Of a DNA stretch of 64,000 nucleotides, positions 58,501-64,000 are shown one piece after another; position 1 is the stretch's first letter, and every line of letters begins with the position of its first letter. The DNA is taken from IMG/VR virus record IMGVR_UViG_3300032167_005167, one strand, 5' to 3'. The DNA comes from an uncultured virus (IMG/VR IMGVR_UViG_3300032167_005167) (lineage: Duplodnaviria > Heunggongvirae > Uroviricota > Caudoviricetes). The notes beneath the pieces are model-generated. The model was given only the letters and a program-made list of their open reading frames with translations, was not told where the DNA came from and made no database searches. Made by a program: the position numbers and the translations under genes.

Positions 58501-60918
58501 GGTATGGACGAAGGTGCGTTGACTGAGTACGTTTCGATCCTCACTCAGATTCAATCCTTGCTCGATAGCGGAATGAGCGAGGCAGAGGTTCAGGCGCTAT
58601 TCCCGGATATTGATTTTTCCGAAGCTTTAGAGCAGATTGCTGCCATCCAGACGTTCTTGAATGGAAGAGAGGCGCAGCTGCCAGGGCTTCAGGCCATGTT
58701 TGGCGACGCGTTGCCTGAAGAAGTCCTTACGATTGCAACAGACCTTGATATGACAGGCGCGCAGGAGCGATGGACAGAATTCGCGGAGAACCCGGGAGCG
58801 ATCACCACCGATGCAATTATCGAAGGGTATGAGGATGAAGAGGCAGTAAAGGAGCTTCAGCCGCAGGTTGATGCGTTCATTGCCAAGTATACCGAAGTCC
58901 CCGAGGGGGCATCGACGGCAGAGCTTACACCGGAAGGACTGATCGGATATGTTGATGCCTATGCAGAAGCGACGACTGGGGCCGATGTGACCAGCTTGAC
59001 ACCGACCAATATCGTAGCCATGGTCTCGGCTTATGAGGAACTTGCATCCGGCGTTGATATGTCTACGCTTAAGCCTGAGGCGATCACAGCATATATTTAT
59101 CGGTATCTTGAAAAAGAAGGTGTTGACACTTCAGGTTTGAAGCCGGAAGATGTCACCGCTTTTGTTATGGCTTATGAAGAGGTTACAGGAGGCGCACTGA
59201 CAACAAAGCTTGCACCCAGCGATGTGACTGCAATGGTGGCCAAGTACCTCGAAGCTGAAAATATTGACGCATCGGCACTCGCGCCGGATCAGATTGAGGC
59301 AATCGTTACCTCTTTTGCGGAGGCGACGGGTTGCGACAAGTCTCAGCTTTTGACAGACTTTACAGCCTATATCACAAAATATGATGACACGAATGCAGTC
59401 AAACCGAACTTGTCGATGTCGGTAGGTATTTATGGGTATGATCTGCTTGCGTATAGGCGATTCATTGCTGCTAACCCTGTTGAAGTACAGGGCATTGTGA
59501 AACTGGGAGAAGCCTATGAGAACCCTACGGATGCACTCAGCGATCCCCAGACGATGTTCTGGCAGAACGGGGTACAGATCCCCGTTGAGGCTGTGCCTGC
59601 AGAGATGCTGACAGCGGATAAAGTGGCTGTACTTGGAGAAGACGGCACACTGCATGTTCTAATCGCACCGGAGGTGACAGGCACACAGGAAGCGATCGAT
59701 GCTATTTCGCCGCTGGTGGATGAGGTCGATCAGTTTGGAACAACCATTGCCGGTATGTGGGCGGGCTTTATGCCGACAACAACGATGGATTTGATTGGCT
59801 CTGCTGTTCAGAGAATCAATTCATATACGAATTCTCTGGAATACAGCCCATGGGAGCGCTTCTGGGCGTCTCTTCGAGGCGAGAGCACAGATCAGAGCGT
59901 ACTGGACCAGAGTATGAGCAATGACTTTAGCGCCGAGAGGGTGGCTGAATTGTCGGCTTATGTTGGTGAGGTAGTCTCAGCCATTAAGCAAGGAAAGCAG
60001 GTTTCTGAAGAGGATGTTCAAAACCTGCAGGAGATTCTGACATTCCTTCAGGGTCTGGATACCACGGAGACTGGCCAGCACATCCTTGAAGGTGTTGCTG
60101 CGGGCATGACGGAAGGCGGCTGGGATGCTGATGCTGAGACAGTCGCTTCTAATCTTGAAACGGCCCTGAATACTGCACTCCAGATCCATTCGCCTAGCGA
60201 ACGTGTCAAGCCTGTCGGTGAGAATGTGTCGGCTGGCATTGGTGCGGGTATGACGGGATACGACTTTGCTACGGATGCATCGACCATTGCAACCAATTTG
60301 GAAACGGCGCTGGCTGCAGTGCTTACAGCGACCACGCTCAGTACGATTGGTACAACCGTTATCGCGGGACTGGCGCTGGCGATGACATCTTACAGCATGA
60401 CGAGTACGGGGCTTTCGATTGCTTCCAGCATTAAGACCGCTGTTAATACGAGCCTGACCAATACAACGCTGAGATCTGCAGGCGTAAATGCCATGGCAGG
60501 TCTCAAGGCAGGCATCAATGCTGGACGCTCTGGCGTAATTTCAGCAATGCGCTCAGCTGCTCGGGCGGCTGTGAACGCAGCGAAATCCGAACTCAAGATC
60601 AAATCGCCTTCTCGCGTTTTCAGGGATGAAGTTGGCGTTCAGACGATGAAGGGTTTCGGACTTGGTGTTCTGCAAGAGACGAAGGAACAGGCTCGGGTTA
60701 TTCGCAATGCTTCTCGCTTTTTAACGGGCGAGGCGAAAGAAGGTGCGATTGCCTACAACAGCAACGACAATCGGCGTACCTATAACCAGCAGAGCAGCGT
60801 CAACCTCTCAGGCAATACGTTCTATGTGCGTGATGAGCAGGATATCAGATCGTTGGCGGTCGAGATCGCAACGCTTACAAGAAGGCAGCAAAGGGGTAAG
60901 GGGCTTAGGTTGGCATAA
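55555..60918 (+). CDS. tail tape measure protein
   Basis: About 1790 aa, Ala-rich; TP901-type core (AGQLGI, GGSAFS), IHSPS/IKSPSRVF. Confidence 0.93.
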   Translation: MSEVLRELVVALSLDSDNFARNMRTINQQIKEAESTFRLAGAGVENFEKTVAGTESKLSMLGQKLTQQNRAVDQYSRALVAANQKLVDSYNRQERMKQALADTRVEMDRAKTAVDAAKATYERYSSTLGESDSATIAAKGNLELAKQEYQELADKVKLLEGQIKSNSKTMQNNADAISKAKTNLNNAKAAVKDTEAEIKKLTEELYRLKSGWTTAGDALTAFSKKCESLSKGMTTVGRGMTTALTAPITALGATAIKSSISYESAFTSVRKTVNATEEEFAALSNEIKQMSTEIATSAEDIAEVVAIAGQLGIENEHLMEFVRTMIDLGNSTDIVAEEAATTLAKFANIMNMDQGLFGNLGAALVDLGNNYATTESAIMEMSMRLAGAGNQVGLSEAQILGFATALSSLGIEAEMGGSAFSKALVKMEVAAATGGESLNDFAKISGLSAQQFKALWDSDPAAAFQAFIEGLAKMDEEGMSAIATLNEIGIAEVRLRDTLLRATNAHELFTQTQATANAAWNENLALTNEAEKRYATTQSKLLNLKNTAMLFAQQIGDDLNPTIQQLIEKGNELLNSFLQMDESQRQAIIKFAAFAAAAGPAILVLGKTVGAVGQVTSVLGKAGIALGKFSAKVSVAGGGIGGLVKVLSSSKLAMVALSAALVYGAVKLADYASGAKEAREALEGMAKVADDWKSNAAETFYGASEGLSFFGMSESDFVRDQQTAEDWMNRLIAVWTDGEKESDEIVSEWTNSFKELTASTRSELEKMKADAQAAGYTSVVEQIGADIETLDAMDKEIERLLKKRQNGFLTDKEKVRLAELIDTREAIEVKYNLSPADPDGFDTIRQKVEAEVARAHARGEADASVTVYENAIVAAAQGMAAVNAEIDEQYDKEYALIQLIEDSAERRAAQEALDARYLEQRRAAAGEYAQMLSSIVMPVWNSDDIQQAGADVDALMLKLREYSIASESEKPAILTQLEQIAAGMDEGALTEYVSILTQIQSLLDSGMSEAEVQALFPDIDFSEALEQIAAIQTFLNGREAQLPGLQAMFGDALPEEVLTIATDLDMTGAQERWTEFAENPGAITTDAIIEGYEDEEAVKELQPQVDAFIAKYTEVPEGASTAELTPEGLIGYVDAYAEATTGADVTSLTPTNIVAMVSAYEELASGVDMSTLKPEAITAYIYRYLEKEGVDTSGLKPEDVTAFVMAYEEVTGGALTTKLAPSDVTAMVAKYLEAENIDASALAPDQIEAIVTSFAEATGCDKSQLLTDFTAYITKYDDTNAVKPNLSMSVGIYGYDLLAYRRFIAANPVEVQGIVKLGEAYENPTDALSDPQTMFWQNGVQIPVEAVPAEMLTADKVAVLGEDGTLHVLIAPEVTGTQEAIDAISPLVDEVDQFGTTIAGMWAGFMPTTTMDLIGSAVQRINSYTNSLEYSPWERFWASLRGESTDQSVLDQSMSNDFSAERVAELSAYVGEVVSAIKQGKQVSEEDVQNLQEILTFLQGLDTTETGQHILEGVAAGMTEGGWDADAETVASNLETALNTALQIHSPSERVKPVGENVSAGIGAGMTGYDFATDASTIATNLETALAAVLTATTLSTIGTTVIAGLALAMTSYSMTSTGLSIASSIKTAVNTSLTNTTLRSAGVNAMAGLKAGINAGRSGVISAMRSAARAAVNAAKSELKIKSPSRVFRDEVGVQTMKGFGLGVLQETKEQARVIRNASRFLTGEAKEGAIAYNSNDNRRTYNQQSSVNLSGNTFYVRDEQDIRSLAVEIATLTRRQQRGKGLRLA

Positions 60919-60982
60919 ACAACTTGACTTTTTGAAGGAGTAGAGGGATAGATACCATACTTCAAAGAAAGGAGGGAGAAGC

Positions 60983-61213
60983 ATGTTTTCAATGCGGATG
61001 CGCCCTGAAGTGCTTGAGAAACTCCGGAAGGATTTCCCGCCGGGCACCAAGGTGGTTCTGGAAGAAATGAGCGATCCTTATCGCAATATGCAGGAAGGCC
61101 TCAAAGGTACGGTTATGCATGTTGATGATGCGGGTGGAATCCATATCCAGTGGGAGAATGGGTCAAGCTTGGCAGCACTTCATGGTATCGACCGGATAAA
61201 GAAGTGCGAATAA
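60983..61213 (+). CDS. DUF4314-like protein
   Basis: PPGTKVVL..MSDPY..GTVMHVDDAG.IH..WENGSSL. Confidence 0.85.
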   Translation: MFSMRMRPEVLEKLRKDFPPGTKVVLEEMSDPYRNMQEGLKGTVMHVDDAGGIHIQWENGSSLAALHGIDRIKKCE

Positions 61214-61222
61214 CGAATAACT

Positions 61223-61257
61223 GAGAATGCGTCACTCTTCGGAGTGGCGCTTTTCTC
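61223..61257 (+). terminator. terminator related to those at 10498 and 13367
   Basis: GCGTCACTC-TTCG-GAGTGGCGC then TTTT. Confidence 0.65.
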
Positions 61258-61271
61258 GTGGAGGTGAATGG

Positions 61272-61979
61272 ATGCAAAACTGGTTTTCCTGGAACGGAGT
61301 GCGCTGTACGGAGTATGGGATTTATGTCACGGAATTGCCTCCGCCCACGATTCCCGCTGAGCGCGTGACGTTCACCGATGTCCCCGGCAGATCAGGAAGC
61401 CTGACAACGCTGGAAGGCGACTATGTATATGACGATTTGGTTTTGACCGCTACATGTATAATCTCGGATCCGAATAGGATCTCTGAAATCGCCGGATGGC
61501 TGCGCGGCTCGGGGACTGTTACGTTTGCCAACCGAGATGGCGGTTTCTATCATGCGCGTGTGATCAACCAAATCCCTTTTGAGAAGATCCTGCGGGGTAA
61601 TCCTCATCGGGTCTTTGCGATCAATTTCAGGTGCAAGCCTTTCTGGTATGAGCAGGATCCGCAGAGTATCATTCTAGCGAGTGACTCGGGGAGTAGTGCG
61701 TCGATAACAAACCCAGGCAATGTGCCATCTGAGCCGATCATTACACTGACTGGAACGGGTGAGATTACGCTGATCGTAGGCATGACGATCATTGAGCTCA
61801 CTGATATGAGTGGATTGATCACGATTGATTCGACTCTGCATGAAGCATACAATGGTGCATTCTCAATGAATAGCCATATGAGCGGTGATTTTCCGGTACT
61901 GATGCCAGGAGTAAACATGGTTTCTTGGACGGGAAACGTTTCGAGCATCAGAGTTGATCCGAATTGGCGGCATTTATGA
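61272..61979 (+). CDS. distal tail protein (Dit)
   Basis: VPGRSG, FRCKPF, NPGNV..EPII. Confidence 0.85.
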   Translation: MQNWFSWNGVRCTEYGIYVTELPPPTIPAERVTFTDVPGRSGSLTTLEGDYVYDDLVLTATCIISDPNRISEIAGWLRGSGTVTFANRDGGFYHARVINQIPFEKILRGNPHRVFAINFRCKPFWYEQDPQSIILASDSGSSASITNPGNVPSEPIITLTGTGEITLIVGMTIIELTDMSGLITIDSTLHEAYNGAFSMNSHMSGDFPVLMPGVNMVSWTGNVSSIRVDPNWRHL

Positions 61980-62047
61980 AGCCTTCGTATTGCTTGATAA
62001 AACAAGGGTATTGTGGTAATATAAAGTCGTGAAAGAAGGTGAGTTGA

Positions 62048-62857
62048 ATGGACGAAAAAAGTTTTGCACGCCAGCGTGAAGAAGATCTCCAGAGGTTGAG
62101 GGGACTTCGATTGCTGGATGATGACTTCATGACTAAGGTCTTTGAAGATAAGTCGTGTGCTGAACTTCTTTTACGGATTATTCTGAAGAAGGATGATTTG
62201 GTAGTCAACGAGGCGTATAGTCAGTATACACTTAAGAATCTACAAGGCCGTTCTGCTCGCTTGGATGTGTTTGCTTCAGATAGCACGGGCAAGGTATACG
62301 ACATCGAAGTGCAGCGTAGTGATCGTGGTGCGGTAGCTAAGCGCGCTCGTTACAATGCAGCACTGATTGATGCAAACATTACTGAGCCAGGTGAACAGTA
62401 TGAGGCACTCAATGAATGCTATGTCATTTTCATTACTGAAAATGACGTGATTGGTGCTGGTTATCCAATCTACCATGCAGAACGTATGGTGTTTGAAACT
62501 GGAAAGCCTTTTGATGATGGGCAGCATATCCTGTATGTGAATGCACAGATCACTGATGAAACGGAGCTTGGCAGGCTCATGCATGATATGTGGTGCGTTG
62601 AAGCAGAAGATATGCATTACGAAATCCTGGCTGAACGCGTCAGGTATTTTAAAGAAGATGAGGAAGGAGTGGCAACTATGTGCAGGGCAATGGAAGAAAT
62701 GAGAAATGAGGCCGTAAAGCAGGCTGATTTCAAAAAGAATGTGGAGCATATCCTCATGGCGATCAAAAAGCTTGGCTGGACGAAAGAACAGGCGCTTGAG
62801 TTTTATGAGATTCCAGAAATCGAGTATCCCAAGTATATGCCGCTTCTGACGGTTTAA
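62048..62857 (+). CDS. Rpn/PD-(D/E)xK_2 family nuclease
   Basis: DDDFMTKVF, RLDV, YDIEVQ, RARY. Confidence 0.85.
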   Translation: MDEKSFARQREEDLQRLRGLRLLDDDFMTKVFEDKSCAELLLRIILKKDDLVVNEAYSQYTLKNLQGRSARLDVFASDSTGKVYDIEVQRSDRGAVAKRARYNAALIDANITEPGEQYEALNECYVIFITENDVIGAGYPIYHAERMVFETGKPFDDGQHILYVNAQITDETELGRLMHDMWCVEAEDMHYEILAERVRYFKEDEEGVATMCRAMEEMRNEAVKQADFKKNVEHILMAIKKLGWTKEQALEFYEIPEIEYPKYMPLLTV

Positions 62858-62932
62858 AGACCAAATACACTTAAGCATCCTCTCTCTTGTAGAGAAGGGT
62901 GCTTTTATTTTGCCTGAAAGGAGGAGATTACG

Positions 62933-64000
62933 TTGATATGTGTCTACGCTCCCGATTGCACAGACTTCTCAAATAACGGACTGGGCATCGTTTCACCCCA
63001 GGCATGTACGGTGACTGAGACACTCAATGGCGAGTGGGAACTGACTCTGGTGCATCCGATTGACGAATATGGCAAGTGGCAGCGGCTTACGGAAGGCTGC
63101 ATTTTACGAGCACCGGTGCCTGCAGCCATGACTCCACAGATTAAGCTGGTAACCCAGCAGTACCAGACCAATACTTATAATGTAGAAATCTATAAAATCA
63201 CGACCAGTAGTGATCCGTTGAGACTGCGCTCCGGTACAGGCACGAGCTATCGGATTCTGGGAAAATACAAAAAGGGCTCAGAGGTTATTGTTCTGGAAAA
63301 GACGACTTCTGAGTGGTATGAAGTGACTTGCCCGGACGGCAAGCATGGCTATATGTCTGCTGAGTATCTGACCTATGAGCGAACGGAGCAAGAGAACGTC
63401 CAGACAAATGTCGGTTTTAGCAACAATATGGTAGAAGCTAGGCAGCTGAGAGATCAGCCGTTTAGGATTTATCGCGTTGTACCCGAACTGGACAAGGTAA
63501 CGGTGTACGCCAGGCATATCTTCTACGACCTGCTCGATAACATGCTCAAGTCGGTGACGCCTGCTTCGGATGCTGTCGGCGCTTCTGTTGTACGGAGTAT
63601 TTCTGACAGGTGCCTGTCTGCGCATGGCTTCAACTTTTACTCGGATCTGGAAACCTCCGCATCGGATGTAGCTTTTGAGAACATCAATCCTGTTGAAGCT
63701 CTGCTTGGTGACGATGGTTTGACCGGGAAATATGGAGCCGAATTGGCAAGGGATTGGTTCGACGTGTTTCTTGTCAGCCGGGTGGGCAATGTCAGTGATG
63801 TCCAGATCAGAGAGAAGAAGAACCTCACCGGCATCTCGTTTGATGTAGATGAAACGGATGTTGTCACTCGCATCATGCCTACGGGACAGGACAAAGACGG
63901 CAAGGTGATGTATCTGCCGGAGCTCTATCTGGACAGCGCGAATATTGGAGCCTATGCGCACCCTAAGTGGATCCATCTTGCCGTATCGAGCGCAAAAGAA
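62933..64000 (+). CDS. tail spike/endopeptidase-type baseplate protein with SH3b insert (truncated by the window)
   Basis: TTG start after AGGAGG; DFSNNGLG, ETLNGEWEL, LRLRSGTGTSY..WYEV..GKHGYMSAEYL, QPFRIY. Confidence 0.85.
   Translation, partial: MICVYAPDCTDFSNNGLGIVSPQACTVTETLNGEWELTLVHPIDEYGKWQRLTEGCILRAPVPAAMTPQIKLVTQQYQTNTYNVEIYKITTSSDPLRLRSGTGTSYRILGKYKKGSEVIVLEKTTSEWYEVTCPDGKHGYMSAEYLTYERTEQENVQTNVGFSNNMVEARQLRDQPFRIYRVVPELDKVTVYARHIFYDLLDNMLKSVTPASDAVGASVVRSISDRCLSAHGFNFYSDLETSASDVAFENINPVEALLGDDGLTGKYGAELARDWFDVFLVSRVGNVSDVQIREKKNLTGISFDVDETDVVTRIMPTGQDKDGKVMYLPELYLDSANIGAYAHPKWIHLAVSSAKE

Larger units (their letters stand above)
13405..64000 (+). mobile_element. temperate long-tailed phage/prophage (HK97-type head, family A DNA polymerase, serine recombinases); extends past the right edge, left boundary uncertain
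   Basis: Ordered integration, regulation, replication, packaging, head and tail modules. Confidence 0.85.

Overview
Clostridia-like (Bacillota, inferred) mobile DNA. The left ~13 kb is accessory cargo: a WG-repeat protein, a TerB-like/AAA + J-domain-like + HIRAN operon, a C5-methyltransferase restriction-modification module with Vsr, and vWA, PHP phosphatase and ADP-ribosylglycohydrolase genes. Next come a two-serine-recombinase integration module (13.4-17.0 kb) and an SOS mutagenesis cassette (SRAP, LexA-like repressor, dinB; 17-23.5 kb). A long-tailed temperate phage then runs off the right end: DUF2800/DUF2815/family A polymerase/P4 primase/SNF2 replication, metK, DNA methylase, terminases, HK97-type head, tail and tape measure. 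It carries many inserted genes (rtcB, amidoligase/GGCT, HipA-like kinase, ADP-ribosyltransferase, Rpn-like nuclease). The standout observation is two canonical type I hammerhead ribozymes on the minus strand (41214-41266 and 40359-40424). They bracket three small unknown ORFs and would excise an 855-nt RNA with 5'-OH and 2',3'-cyclic phosphate ends. Those are the substrate ends of the RtcB ligase encoded by the same phage about 10 kb away, which makes this a candidate phage-encoded circular-mRNA system. The circularisation link is inference. All protein calls come from motif recognition, not database searches.
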